DNA of 64,000 nucleotides from Escherichia phage vB_EcoA_4HA11: the sequence record MN445184. One strand, 5' to 3'. Made by a program: the position numbers and the translations under genes. Of this stretch, positions 8,566-18,329 are shown piece after piece. The notes beneath the pieces were generated by a model. That model did no database searches. It was not told the DNA's origin and was given only the letters and a program-made list of their open reading frames with translations. Numbering within the stretch: the first letter of the stretch is position 1; each line of letters begins with the position of its first letter.

Positions 8566-10467
8566 ATGGTTGATGTAAACAGAAAATACAAAAAGCTCTC
8601 ACACATCGAGCATATACTCCTTCGCCCAGAGCGCCATCTGGGGAGTATCCGTTCTTCTGTCGGCATGGCTTGGGTATATGATCCCAGCAAAGACAAAGTT
8701 GTGTTTAAAGACAATTTTGAATATAACCCCGCCCTTATCAAACAGTTTGATGAAATCATCACCAACTGTGTTGACCACAGCAAGACCCCTGAGGGAAAAT
8801 CCCTGACGGAAATCACCATTACCATCTGCCCTATGAACGGACAGATCATCGTGGCGGATAACGGGGGTATTCCTGTGGTAAAACATGAATCTGGTATGTG
8901 GTTGCCAGAAATGTTATTTTCAGAATTGTTTGCGGGATCAAACTTCAACGACGATGACGAAGAATACAACAACCAGAAGTCCGGCGGCCAGAACGGTGAA
9001 GGGGCGTCCCTCGTCAACGTGTTCTCAAAATGGTTCCGCGTCGCGACCAGTGATGGCAAGAAGTCTTATGCTCAGCTGTTTGAAGACAACATGAGCAAGA
9101 AGTCCAATCCGGTCATCAGCAATACGCCGAAAGAGTTCGGCACCACGATTGCCTGGATCCCTGATTATGCTCGTCTGGGTGTCAAGGGGCTTGACCAGAA
9201 CAACCTGCTGATGATCTATCGCCGCGCGTTTGAAGTGGCTGCGTGTAATCCGCGCCTGAAGATTGTTCTCAACGGGAAGCAAATCCGGATTGACCGCTTT
9301 GGTCACTTCGTTGATTACTTCCATGCTGGCTCGGCTGTTGACGAAACCGGGGATTGGTCTGTTGCTGTAGCCCCTTCATCCGGTACGTTCATGCACGCAT
9401 CATACGTGAACTCTATTGCCACCCACATCGGTGGTCCTCACGTTGATTATGTTGCCGACCAGATCGTGGCAGCGATTCGTCCTCAGCTGGTGAAGAAGTT
9501 CAAGACCGAACTGAAGCCAGCAATGATCAAGAACCACATGTCCTTGTTCATCGCCGCCGACATCAACAACCCGCGCTTTGACAGCCAGACCAAGGAGCGC
9601 ATGACCACTCCTGTCAGCCAGTTCGGTACGTCGTACAAGCCCAGCGATAAACTGATCCGCAAGGCGCTTGAGTTCGTTACGGCTGGTCTGAGCAAAGAAC
9701 TGGCTTCCCTGCGCAATGAGCAGGATGGTGCTGAGTTTGAAAAGGCCAAGAAGGACATCAGCAAGCGGGATTATCGTGAGATTGAGAAGTATTACCCGGC
9801 GACCGCCCGTGGTGACCGCAGCGGATGCTCCCTGCTACTGACAGAGGGTGATAGTGCCTCCAATCCTATCCTGAACGCCCGCGACACCAAGAAGATCGGG
9901 TTGTTCCCGCTTCGTGGTAAGTTCATCAACTGCCTGAACGCCCCGCGCTCAAAGGTGATGAACAATGAAGAGTTCAAGAACCTGTGTACGATCCACGGCG
10001 GCGCAGTGCCAGGCCAGCCCCTTGATATCACCCGTTACCCACAGACTGTTGTGGCTACCGATGCGGACGATGACGGCATCCACATCCGTGGGTTGTTGAT
10101 CACCCTGTATTGCACCTACTGGCCGGAGTACGTCCGTCAGGGCAGGCTGAAGCTCCTGCGCACCCCTTACATGCGTGTGTGGTGTGGTAAGGTGATGCAT
10201 GAGTTCATGAACAACGCAGAGTATGAGGAGTTCCTGAAGACGCCTGATGCCAAGAAGATCACGAAGAAGAAATATCTGAAAGGTCTGGGTGGTAACAGCA
10301 CTGAAGACTTCAAGCGTATTCTAAACAACCTAGATGCGTATACTACGACGGTCACGCTGGACGATGGCTATCAACAGTCACTGAAGAATGGCTTCGGTGA
10401 TGAGGCCGCCGATTACCGCAAAACCTGGTTTAGCGATGTTTGTCTATTTGAAACCGAGGATGAATGA
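8566..10467 (+). CDS. DNA topoisomerase II large (ATPase, GyrB-like) subunit, gp39/gp60-like
   Basis: 633-aa ORF; N-terminus LSHIEHILLRPERHLGS, GHKL motif ADNGGIPV, TOPRIM-like EGDSA. Confidence 0.85.
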   Translation: MVDVNRKYKKLSHIEHILLRPERHLGSIRSSVGMAWVYDPSKDKVVFKDNFEYNPALIKQFDEIITNCVDHSKTPEGKSLTEITITICPMNGQIIVADNGGIPVVKHESGMWLPEMLFSELFAGSNFNDDDEEYNNQKSGGQNGEGASLVNVFSKWFRVATSDGKKSYAQLFEDNMSKKSNPVISNTPKEFGTTIAWIPDYARLGVKGLDQNNLLMIYRRAFEVAACNPRLKIVLNGKQIRIDRFGHFVDYFHAGSAVDETGDWSVAVAPSSGTFMHASYVNSIATHIGGPHVDYVADQIVAAIRPQLVKKFKTELKPAMIKNHMSLFIAADINNPRFDSQTKERMTTPVSQFGTSYKPSDKLIRKALEFVTAGLSKELASLRNEQDGAEFEKAKKDISKRDYREIEKYYPATARGDRSGCSLLLTEGDSASNPILNARDTKKIGLFPLRGKFINCLNAPRSKVMNNEEFKNLCTIHGGAVPGQPLDITRYPQTVVATDADDDGIHIRGLLITLYCTYWPEYVRQGRLKLLRTPYMRVWCGKVMHEFMNNAEYEEFLKTPDAKKITKKKYLKGLGGNSTEDFKRILNNLDAYTTTVTLDDGYQQSLKNGFGDEAADYRKTWFSDVCLFETEDE

Positions 10468-10910
10468 TGGAATATCCACTAACTCATCAGATGCAGCCAA
10501 CAAAAGACACGTGTATGTCAACGTGCCTGGCGATGTTACTTGAGCGTCCGGTCGCCGAGGTTGCTGAAATATGGCATGAAAGTTTCGCGAATTGGGAAAC
10601 CACGATTGGTGACGTTCTTTGTATGGAAGGGGTTCCGTTCTTGCAAGGGAAAGGGGTCAACCAAACTTCCACCATCTATCATGATTATGTTTATCTGCTT
10701 TGCGTGCCAAGTCCAGCAACGCCAGGATTATTGCACCAGATCATCTTAGACACTCGTCATGAAAAACTTGTTGTGTACGACCCACTGAAGGGTACTGGCA
10801 AAAGATATTACACCCTGGATGAAGACAAATCTCCTCTGGCGGTAAAACTTGAAACTTGGATTGTGGACTACATTGTCGATCCATATGAAGTGGGAGGTTA
10901 TCGTGGGTAA
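10464..10910 (+). CDS. papain-like (peptidase C39-like) cysteine peptidase domain protein
   Basis: 148-aa ORF overlapping both topo genes by 4 nt and 1 nt; HQMQPTKDTCMSTCLAMLL (Gln..Cys) and HQIILDTRHEKLVVYDP (His..Asp) resemble C39 catalytic motifs. Confidence 0.4.
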   Translation: MMEYPLTHQMQPTKDTCMSTCLAMLLERPVAEVAEIWHESFANWETTIGDVLCMEGVPFLQGKGVNQTSTIYHDYVYLLCVPSPATPGLLHQIILDTRHEKLVVYDPLKGTGKRYYTLDEDKSPLAVKLETWIVDYIVDPYEVGGYRG

Positions 10911-10911
10911 G

Positions 10912-12243
10912 ATGGTTGCCAAGAGCATTACTGTAACGGACTTTGTCAACACTGACCATAAGCAGTTTTCTGTGGTCAACAGCATCCGTCAAATCCCTCA
11001 GCTGATTGACAGCCTGAAGCCAAGCCAGCGCAAGATACTCTTCGCTGCTCTTGAATACAACAAGGAGGAGATTGTTGACCGCCTTGGCATGTTCGCCGCC
11101 GCTCGCACCAACTACAAGTCTGGTGGTGAGAACATGAGCGGCACTATCGTGAACATGGCTCAGGGGTTCCCAGGAACGAACAACATCCCGTACTTTGACC
11201 GCGATGGCCAGTTTGGTTCTATCATGGGGCGTGATGCTTCATCTGCCCGATACATATCCGTCGCTGTATCTGACGTTATCCGCAAGATCTTCCGCAAGGA
11301 GGATGAGGGTATCTTGGAATACAACTACCTTGGTGAAGAAAGGCTGGAGCCGAAGTTCTTTCTGCCCATCCTGCCCATGTTCCTGGTGAATGGGATCAAT
11401 GGTATCGGCACCGGATATTCCACCGACACCCCGTGTCATTGCGTTAAGTCCGTGCTCAGTGCCCTGAGAGCGCTTCTCCGTGGCGAAGATCCGAAAGACT
11501 TAAAACCGTACTGGAACGGCTTCAAAGGAGAGACAGGCTATACTGAGGAAGGAAGAGCATACAGTCGCGGCATCTTCCGTCGCGTCAATGCCACCACCCT
11601 GCATATCACCGAAGTCCCAGTGGGTTGGTTCGCCAAAACCTATGAGACCAAGGTGTTGCTACCTCTGTATAAGGCAGGTATCCTGACCGAGTACGCCAAC
11701 GACACGACGGAAGATGGCTGGGATATCACGGTTGTGTTTAAGCGCGGCGAACTCTCTAAGCTGAGTGACGAGCAGGTTGAGCAGATGTTCAAGCTGTATT
11801 CAGCCACCAAGCCTGTGTGGACAGCATGGGATGAAGACGGTGTTATTCATCGTTATTCTGGTTGGCGGGATATGTTGCTGCCGTTCTTCAATTATCGCCT
11901 GTCACGGTACGAAGACCGTCGCCAGTATCTGTTGAAGGACATGGCAGACAGAATTCGTAAGCTGAACAATCGTGCCCTGTTTATTGCATGGGCTGTGGTG
12001 ACTGACCTACGACGCAGTCTTGATGAGCTGAAGGCATTGTTCCAAACAGACTACCCAGACTTTGATGGTGACCTTGACGAGTTGTTCAAGATGCCTCTGT
12101 CGTCTATTACTCTGGACGCCCGTGAGCGCCTACTGAAGCAGATTGAGAACCTTGAAGCACAGCACAAGGAATTAAGTAAGAAAGAGGACATCGATCTTTA
12201 CACTGAAGACCTTGATGACCTTGAAAAGGCTCTTGGCCTATAA
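10912..12243 (+). CDS. DNA topoisomerase II medium (GyrA-like) subunit, gp52-like
   Basis: SLKPSQRKILFAAL and FDRDGQFGSIMGRDASSARYI resemble gp52/GyrA motifs; start ATG 10912 (or GTG 10903). Confidence 0.8.
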   Translation: MVAKSITVTDFVNTDHKQFSVVNSIRQIPQLIDSLKPSQRKILFAALEYNKEEIVDRLGMFAAARTNYKSGGENMSGTIVNMAQGFPGTNNIPYFDRDGQFGSIMGRDASSARYISVAVSDVIRKIFRKEDEGILEYNYLGEERLEPKFFLPILPMFLVNGINGIGTGYSTDTPCHCVKSVLSALRALLRGEDPKDLKPYWNGFKGETGYTEEGRAYSRGIFRRVNATTLHITEVPVGWFAKTYETKVLLPLYKAGILTEYANDTTEDGWDITVVFKRGELSKLSDEQVEQMFKLYSATKPVWTAWDEDGVIHRYSGWRDMLLPFFNYRLSRYEDRRQYLLKDMADRIRKLNNRALFIAWAVVTDLRRSLDELKALFQTDYPDFDGDLDELFKMPLSSITLDARERLLKQIENLEAQHKELSKKEDIDLYTEDLDDLEKALGL

Positions 12244-12247
12244 CATC

Positions 12248-12265
12248 GGAGGGGTTCGCCCCTCC
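12248..12265 (+). terminator. stable stem-loop GGAGGGG-UUCG-CCCCTCC after topoisomerase gene (terminator or RNA-stability element; no U-tract)
   Basis: perfect 7-bp stem with UUCG tetraloop 4 nt after stop. Confidence 0.35.
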
Positions 12266-12567
12266 TCACCTGGAGGGTTGTGCTATGTTCTATCTCCGTT
12301 CTGAAGCACCTATGGTATTCATCATTTCCTATTTGATTTCCTGGTTCCTCGCTTTATCAAAGAAGAGGTAGCGTTTGGTCTCTATGGTGAGACGGAAGAC
12401 CCAGAGGTCGATGAGTATTACCCAATGTGCGCCCTGAAAGATATCGAGGAAGGGGAAGATGTTGCAATGGTCGGCACCATGCGTTCTTTCAATCTGTTTG
12501 GGCTTGCACTCTTTCCGAAACTGGTTGGTGAACTGCGCCCCTACAATCCTGAAGCCGCTGTAGAGGG

Positions 12568-12885
12568 TTGATCATGCCACAGCTTCTGAGTCCTAAACTT
12601 CTGTCTATGGGTGATTCCCTGTATTTTCACTGCCCTGGATGTGATATACTTCACCCATATCGCATTAAGGGCGAAGTCCAAGGTCCGGCGTGGTCGTGGA
12701 ACAACAATGTCGTTGCTCCTACGTTCACGCCGAGCCTGCTGGTGAATGCATCTGATCTAGCATCACGTTGCCATCTGTTCCTGACCGACGGCAAAATACA
12801 ATTCCTCGGCGACTGTTTCCATGATCTGAAGAACCAGACAGTGGATATGGTCGACATCTCTGAACCTGAAATTTGGATTGAATAG
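12568..12885 (+). CDS. small Cys/His-containing protein (zinc-binding?)
   Basis: 105-aa ORF with HCPGC and CH/H pairs. Confidence 0.45.
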   Translation: MIMPQLLSPKLLSMGDSLYFHCPGCDILHPYRIKGEVQGPAWSWNNNVVAPTFTPSLLVNASDLASRCHLFLTDGKIQFLGDCFHDLKNQTVDMVDISEPEIWIE

Positions 12886-12888
12886 ATT

Positions 12889-13299
12889 ATGAAATTACTT
12901 GGATATTTTCGTGAACTCCCAACGGGAACTGAAGGCAAGTTGTTCTCACAGGTGAAGGGGGATGACATCGGTGATACGATGATTCCCCTGTACACTCGTG
13001 AACTTCCTGCCGAAGGTGCCTGGGAGCGCCGTGTGGTCGCTGCCGCCAACAAATATGGTGACGTGATCGTCGTTGCCGACCGCCACCATAGCAAATTCAT
13101 GAACAGCCAGCTCAAGATCCTGAAAGAAGCAGGCGTCATTAAATCCACCCATACCCGCGAACAGGGTTTCATCGACAACCAGGGCAACTTCCTCACTCGT
13201 GAAGAGGCATGCATCGTAGCCCGTGAAGCTGGACAGATCAATCAGGTGCGCCTGAAGACAACCCCTTTCCGCGAACTCTTTTCCGAAGACCTCTATTGA
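12889..13299 (+). CDS. hypothetical protein
   Basis: 136-aa ORF, 4 nt after previous stop. Confidence 0.5.
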   Translation: MKLLGYFRELPTGTEGKLFSQVKGDDIGDTMIPLYTRELPAEGAWERRVVAAANKYGDVIVVADRHHSKFMNSQLKILKEAGVIKSTHTREQGFIDNQGNFLTREEACIVAREAGQINQVRLKTTPFRELFSEDLY

Positions 13300-13349
13300 A
13301 GAAAAAGGCGGTATTATTACCGCCTCGACCTCTTGTTTGGTAACATCGA

Positions 13350-13592
13350 ATGAGCCCAGAATTTGAAAACCTGTTCGAGCGATGCTTCGAACCAGGTTCT
13401 GTGTCCGGTTACATGGACCGCCTTTGCACTGCCATTGTAATACGCCTTGCTGCCAAGGGTATCGTTGTCAACACCATTATCCGCAATGGGAACAACTTTA
13501 TCATGCAGATGACTGATTATCACCGCCGCACAGGCATCATCCAGGTGTCATGTGTTGACAACAGCATTATTGAATGGAGACAGTACGCATGA
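13350..13592 (+). CDS. hypothetical protein
   Basis: 80-aa ORF. Confidence 0.4.
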   Translation: MSPEFENLFERCFEPGSVSGYMDRLCTAIVIRLAAKGIVVNTIIRNGNNFIMQMTDYHRRTGIIQVSCVDNSIIEWRQYA

Positions 13593-14188
13593 CAACCTAT
13601 GTAATCAATGGCGGCGATTTACTGAAAGCCGCCTGTAGTTTCAATCTGATCGACATCTTTGCCCACGGTGCCAACTGTTGGTCTACCATGGGCGCGGGTA
13701 TTGCCCTGCACATCGGCAACAACTTCCCAGCGCTGCGCGAAGTCGATGCGAACGACCCTCGTGGTCCAGAGCAACGCCTGGGTGGCATGTCCTATGCATT
13801 TGACCACAGCACTGGTGTCTGGGGTGCGAACCTCTACACTCAGTTTTATCCAGGTCCGAACGCTCGCATGCCGTCTGTCATCAGTTCTGTTCAGATGTTG
13901 TTTGAGCAGGTTCACGAAATTGTGGAAGCAACTAAAGACGAAACTGTCTATGTCGGACTGCCTGCTATCGGCTGTGGTATTGGTGGTCTGAACCTCTACA
14001 GTGTAGTGCGCCATATCAATCGAATCTCTGAAAGCGTGTATGAAGAGACCCGCCGTCGTGTCGTCCCAGTCTTCTATATCAGGGAAGGAGACGGATTCGA
14101 TGATGATCTGATGGAACTTTCCCATCTGGACACAGAAGGTATCATGATTGTCGAAGATGAGCAAGAAATCATCGACGAGGAGGGGTGA
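13589..14188 (+). CDS. macro domain protein (ADP-ribose binding/hydrolase fold)
   Basis: ATG 13589 with GGAGA RBS; motifs AHGANCWSTMGAGIALHI and GLPAIGCGIGGL match macro-domain glycine-rich loops; acidic C-tail. Confidence 0.55.
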   Translation: MTTYVINGGDLLKAACSFNLIDIFAHGANCWSTMGAGIALHIGNNFPALREVDANDPRGPEQRLGGMSYAFDHSTGVWGANLYTQFYPGPNARMPSVISSVQMLFEQVHEIVEATKDETVYVGLPAIGCGIGGLNLYSVVRHINRISESVYEETRRRVVPVFYIREGDGFDDDLMELSHLDTEGIMIVEDEQEIIDEEG

Positions 14189-14191
14189 ATA

Positions 14192-14443
14192 ATGATGTGT
14201 GCGTTTGATCAAGAATTTTATAAAAAGGTCAATATTCTAAAACTTGTCATGTCTGGATCTAGTTCGAAAGAAGTATCAGAAATTTATTGTATTTCACAGG
14301 CCAGGGTGAGCCAGATTTTGAGGGAAACTATAGGGTTACTTTGCCCAGAGATAGAAATTAAGCGCGTCAACAAAAAGTTCATTGATGAAAATTATTATAC
14401 AGTAAAAGCCAAAATAAAGTGTTGGGAGAATAAACATGTATAA
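14192..14443 (+). CDS. small HTH DNA-binding protein
   Basis: 83-aa ORF; SSKEVSEIYCISQARVSQILRE helix-turn-helix. Confidence 0.5.
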   Translation: MMCAFDQEFYKKVNILKLVMSGSSSKEVSEIYCISQARVSQILRETIGLLCPEIEIKRVNKKFIDENYYTVKAKIKCWENKHV

Positions 14444-15068
14444 ATCAAATTTTTTGGCTGTGGCCGACAGTGAAACCTTGGGGCGCTGGGATGATGCAGT
14501 CATGCTGTCTTGGGCACACACCATCGCTGACCTGACCAAGCGTTATACTCTTCAGCAGCTGGTTGAGGAGCGCACGACGTTCATTAAGCTGAATGTCAAA
14601 GAGCAGCTCGAACTTGGTCGCGTGAAGGACGCTGGGACGGTAGAATGGTGGTTGGGGGCGGGCAAGCGCAACCCGTGTGATGCGGCTCGCGCCGTCAGTC
14701 TGTACCCGACTGAGCAGGACATCTCTATCTTCCAGCTGGCCGATGAAATCCGCAAGGGTTGTCATCGTCTTGGGGTAGACCCGCGCTCGGTTGACTGGTG
14801 TGATCGCAACCTGTTTGATCTGCGCAAGGCTCAGCACATCATTGAGGTGACGTGTAAGCAGGACTCCAACGAGCCTTGGGATTACCACCACACCTTCGAC
14901 ATCGTGAGCTGGCTGAAGGGTGTTGGGCAACAGGATCGCTACGCTGGTATCAAGGCGTGGGAACTGGAAGGTATGGTCTATCACGACCCTCGTTATGACG
15001 CTGCGCTTGACTGGCTGCGTATTCAGAAGACCATGGAAGATCTGATGGGGCTGGAGGTTGTGGGGTGA
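14436..15068 (+). CDS. DEDD-family 3'-5' exonuclease (DexA-like)
   Basis: FLAVADSETLG (Exo I D-x-E) and C-terminal YHDPRYD motif. Confidence 0.5.
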   Translation: MYKSNFLAVADSETLGRWDDAVMLSWAHTIADLTKRYTLQQLVEERTTFIKLNVKEQLELGRVKDAGTVEWWLGAGKRNPCDAARAVSLYPTEQDISIFQLADEIRKGCHRLGVDPRSVDWCDRNLFDLRKAQHIIEVTCKQDSNEPWDYHHTFDIVSWLKGVGQQDRYAGIKAWELEGMVYHDPRYDAALDWLRIQKTMEDLMGLEVVG

Positions 15069-15367
15069 TTGTATTCACTGTCATCGGTGTGATCGTAACA
15101 GCTGGGGTATTCACAGCCATATTGGGCTACCTGTACTTCATGTTCCTTCATCCGTTATTTCAGGCGTTCAGTCTCACGAATTGGTACTTGGCCTGCCTAA
15201 AGGCCGACGGCGGCGTGAACATGGCCTCTCTTCCTTACTGGCGGCTGGTGGCGCATTACTACTCGGTCGGTGGCTGGCCTGGGGAAAGGACATGGAACTC
15301 TATCGGTGAGTGGTATGGAATAGGTCGATGGCGTATATTCCCTGATGAAGACGATCAAGCCCCGTGA
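15065..15367 (+). CDS. membrane protein
   Basis: 100-aa ORF with N-terminal transmembrane helices. Confidence 0.45.
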   Translation: MIVFTVIGVIVTAGVFTAILGYLYFMFLHPLFQAFSLTNWYLACLKADGGVNMASLPYWRLVAHYYSVGGWPGERTWNSIGEWYGIGRWRIFPDEDDQAP

Positions 15368-15378
15368 GGGCTTTTCTA
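15357..15378 (+). terminator. hairpin AAGCCCCGTGAGGGCTT + TTTC overlapping stop
   Basis: inverted repeat followed by T-run. Confidence 0.5.
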
Positions 15379-15430
15379 TATCCGGGATAGAGTATCATTG
15401 GTTCACCAACGAATCCTCGGGAGAGGCGAT

Positions 15431-15772
15431 ATGAAACGTTCAGTTGTTGTAAATGACATCACGAGATTGATAAACCTTGTCAAAGATGTGTTTCCACAAC
15501 AGGTGGATGTCGAGTATGTTGGGAAGAACGGAAAGTGTTATCAGGTTGCTCTGTTGTTGAAGCACGTGTACCCCCAAGCAGAGATCCATTACAGTCAGAT
15601 TGAAGGCCATGTGTATACTCTGATTGATGGGAATTATTACGACATCGACGGCATCCACTTCAGTGTCCCACCAGACACGTGTTTGCTCGAACATAATAGA
15701 GGCCACAAACCCCATCGCTGGCATAAAGGGTTTGTGAACGTACCGATTTTAGAATGGCTGAGGAAACCATAA
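15431..15772 (+). CDS. hypothetical protein
   Basis: internal ATG 15431 after GGGAGAGG RBS. Confidence 0.45.
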   Translation: MKRSVVVNDITRLINLVKDVFPQQVDVEYVGKNGKCYQVALLLKHVYPQAEIHYSQIEGHVYTLIDGNYYDIDGIHFSVPPDTCLLEHNRGHKPHRWHKGFVNVPILEWLRKP

Positions 15773-16332
15773 TGGCCGGAATTGTAAAGTACCTGGGTGA
15801 CACCCACCTCGGACACAAGAAGATCTTCAAGCCCCGTGGGTTCGACACACAGGAAGCCCACGACGCTGCGGTCATCGACAGTATCTTTCAGGGGCTGAAG
15901 TCTCGAGACGTCCTTGAACTGGCTGGGGACATCTGCTTCATCGGGGCTGAGGGGTTCATTCGCCTGATGCGGGAGGGTGCCAAGCGAAACATTGATGAGT
16001 TTAAGCGACGCCCCGTTCCCGATGACTGGCGTCCGAACTTTATCATCAAGGTGGCACAAGGCAACCATGACAGCTTTAAGATGTTGTTGTCTCTGTATCT
16101 GGACGGCTGGATTAGCTCCTTCGGCGCTATGTATGAACGTGACACGCCTGTTGGCCGTGTGTTGACAACACATGTTCCTTATCAATTAGACCGTTGGGCG
16201 TATAATATCCATGGTCATCTTCACGAAAATATTCGCGAAGAGCGCGAATACCTGAACTGCAGTTGGGAACAATTCAAGCGTCCTGTAACCCTGGCTGAGT
16301 TATTATACACAAATTTAGGAATTGTGTTATGA
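15772..16332 (+). CDS. calcineurin-like metallophosphoesterase
   Basis: GDTHLG, GNHD and HGHLH motifs; ATG 15772 after GAGGAA. Confidence 0.6.
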   Translation: MAGIVKYLGDTHLGHKKIFKPRGFDTQEAHDAAVIDSIFQGLKSRDVLELAGDICFIGAEGFIRLMREGAKRNIDEFKRRPVPDDWRPNFIIKVAQGNHDSFKMLLSLYLDGWISSFGAMYERDTPVGRVLTTHVPYQLDRWAYNIHGHLHENIREEREYLNCSWEQFKRPVTLAELLYTNLGIVL

Positions 16333-16661
16333 GAATATTCTTTCCTGGTCAGAAAGTACCCGAAGAAATACAAAAGGTCGAGTTATTTGGTTATAAAAGC
16401 GGTGATCCGTTCCTGCGATTTTCTTCACCATGTATCGTGAAGCGCAATCATGAAGGGCATTATGTGCGCCCAATCATCCTCATGGGTTCTGTCATGACGC
16501 TGAGAGCCAAAACAGACTCCGTCGTTATTACCGGAAGTCCCAACATACCCAATGGAAAGACTACGCTAAATTGCAAGCCCATCCTGTCGTCTTGGGTGTT
16601 AATTGGATTTCTGTCTATAATCTTGTTTTATCGTTACCTTACTGACTTGGGGATCTTATGA
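16329..16661 (+). CDS. hypothetical protein with C-terminal membrane anchor
   Basis: 110-aa ORF. Confidence 0.4.
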   Translation: MRIFFPGQKVPEEIQKVELFGYKSGDPFLRFSSPCIVKRNHEGHYVRPIILMGSVMTLRAKTDSVVITGSPNIPNGKTTLNCKPILSSWVLIGFLSIILFYRYLTDLGIL

Positions 16662-17008
16662 AAAAGCCACGCATCACAGGACATCAACTCTGCGTCCTTT
16701 TAGGAATGTTGAATTTTGAAAAAGGTGAAGCTAGACGCCTTTGTCATTGGTATTTCAATCCCAAATCTTGGACGAACGATAAAGGGAAAACGGTTTGGAC
16801 TTTTCATGCGCCACCGATATCTGGCGGGTTTCGTTCTGTAAAGGGTGATCCATGGGATACGCGTTCAGGTCAATCCTTGTTGTCTAAAGGTCTGATAGAA
16901 CCTGCGTTTACAATGGTTCATGACAACTCTGAAGAGTATAAGCATTGGCCGAAGTCTGAAGTAACATTCTATAGACTTACAGACCTCGGTAAAGCATGTA
17001 CTGAATAA
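16658..17008 (+). CDS. hypothetical protein
   Basis: 116-aa ORF. Confidence 0.4.
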   Translation: MKKPRITGHQLCVLLGMLNFEKGEARRLCHWYFNPKSWTNDKGKTVWTFHAPPISGGFRSVKGDPWDTRSGQSLLSKGLIEPAFTMVHDNSEEYKHWPKSEVTFYRLTDLGKACTE

Positions 17009-17071
17009 TATTTTAGGTTATTGAAGAAAGGGGAAGGTATACTTCCCCTTAATTTATTGGGAGAGACAAAC

Positions 17072-17413
17072 ATGATTTCATTAAAAGAAATGTACGAACG
17101 CCTCGAAGAACTGAAATCTAAAGAACGTCTGTATTCAGAAGAGAATGCAGAAATGTCAGATCTTATCGAAAAAATTGCGTTGCGTGAAAAGTATCTTCAA
17201 CGTTATATCAATCATCCACCTCACATTGTTGAACGTGTGAACGTTGAACTGGAAAAACTGTCCCCAATCACGTATGACAAATTGAGTATGGATAAAGTCC
17301 ACACGGCTATCTCTGGTGTTGTGAACTCTATGTTGGCGTTGGGACAAGTATTTGGTCGCCAGGACCATGATGATCTTATTTTCTACATTGAGAAAAATGT
17401 GGTGGTCAAATGA
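17072..17413 (+). CDS. hypothetical coiled-coil protein
   Basis: ATG 17072 after GGGAGAG; hairpin at about 17030-17050 upstream. Confidence 0.4.
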   Translation: MISLKEMYERLEELKSKERLYSEENAEMSDLIEKIALREKYLQRYINHPPHIVERVNVELEKLSPITYDKLSMDKVHTAISGVVNSMLALGQVFGRQDHDDLIFYIEKNVVVK

Positions 17414-17817
17414 AACGTTATCGCCTGAAGTTTGAGTTAACTCGAAGGGAAGACAACGAACTCATATATGGGGAAATTTTCATATATGATCCTTATGATA
17501 CGGAATACACTGAATGGCTGAAGATAATATTGGCTGGTGAAGTCGATAAAGTATACCGTGCCATTGAAAAGGACGCCAAAGGAGTATTAAGTTTTGGTCA
17601 TCTTCGAGTCGCGGCCATGATTGGTTCAGCTTTAGAAATAGTGTCTGAAGCGTTAGCCATAGATCTACCAGGGGAACATATCTTCATCCGTGAATCTAAA
17701 GTTGATATGGCAACGAATTATGTGATGAAATTGACCTTGACAGAAAATATGGAAAATAACAAACCAAGCATTTTCCGCCGTTTCATGAACAAATTAAAGG
17801 GTGTTAAAAATGATTAA
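17410..17817 (+). CDS. hypothetical protein
   Basis: 135-aa ORF. Confidence 0.4.
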   Translation: MKRYRLKFELTRREDNELIYGEIFIYDPYDTEYTEWLKIILAGEVDKVYRAIEKDAKGVLSFGHLRVAAMIGSALEIVSEALAIDLPGEHIFIRESKVDMATNYVMKLTLTENMENNKPSIFRRFMNKLKGVKND

Positions 17818-18328
17818 ACCACGTATGATGTTCGCCCATATGCGATCAGCTGCAGCATATGGTGTAACCAGTTATGCTCGGCGTCTGCAAGTCGGTTGTG
17901 TTATCGTAAACCCTGAAACTGATCAGCCTGTGGCTATCGGATGGAACGGAACGCCTCCTGGTATGCCGAATGTTTGTGAGATGGAACAACACGGGCAAAT
18001 TGTTACAAACCCGTGTGTCATTCATGCGGAGGAAAATGCTCTAATGCGTATCCCCGAAAATGCAGATGATTTCACAGGGTTGGTTATGTTTGTGACACAT
18101 AGCCCATGCCCTGATTGCACTCAGAAGATCATCGACAACGGCAAGATCGATAAAGTATATTATCAAGAGCCATATCGTATCATGGATGGAATCAAAAGAT
18201 TGATGAACGCCGGAATTGAAGTTTACCGGATGGTGGGCGATATGGCGATCCTTAAACACGTTTTCGACGATCAAGGCGAAGTCGGATACGAACAAATCTT
18301 ATCCAACCCAGACAAAGTAAGGAATTAA
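17810..18328 (+). CDS. cd: dCMP deaminase
   Basis: zinc-binding deaminase motifs HAEENAL and PCPDC. Confidence 0.8.
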   Translation: MIKPRMMFAHMRSAAAYGVTSYARRLQVGCVIVNPETDQPVAIGWNGTPPGMPNVCEMEQHGQIVTNPCVIHAEENALMRIPENADDFTGLVMFVTHSPCPDCTQKIIDNGKIDKVYYQEPYRIMDGIKRLMNAGIEVYRMVGDMAILKHVFDDQGEVGYEQILSNPDKVRN

Positions 18329-18329
18329 A

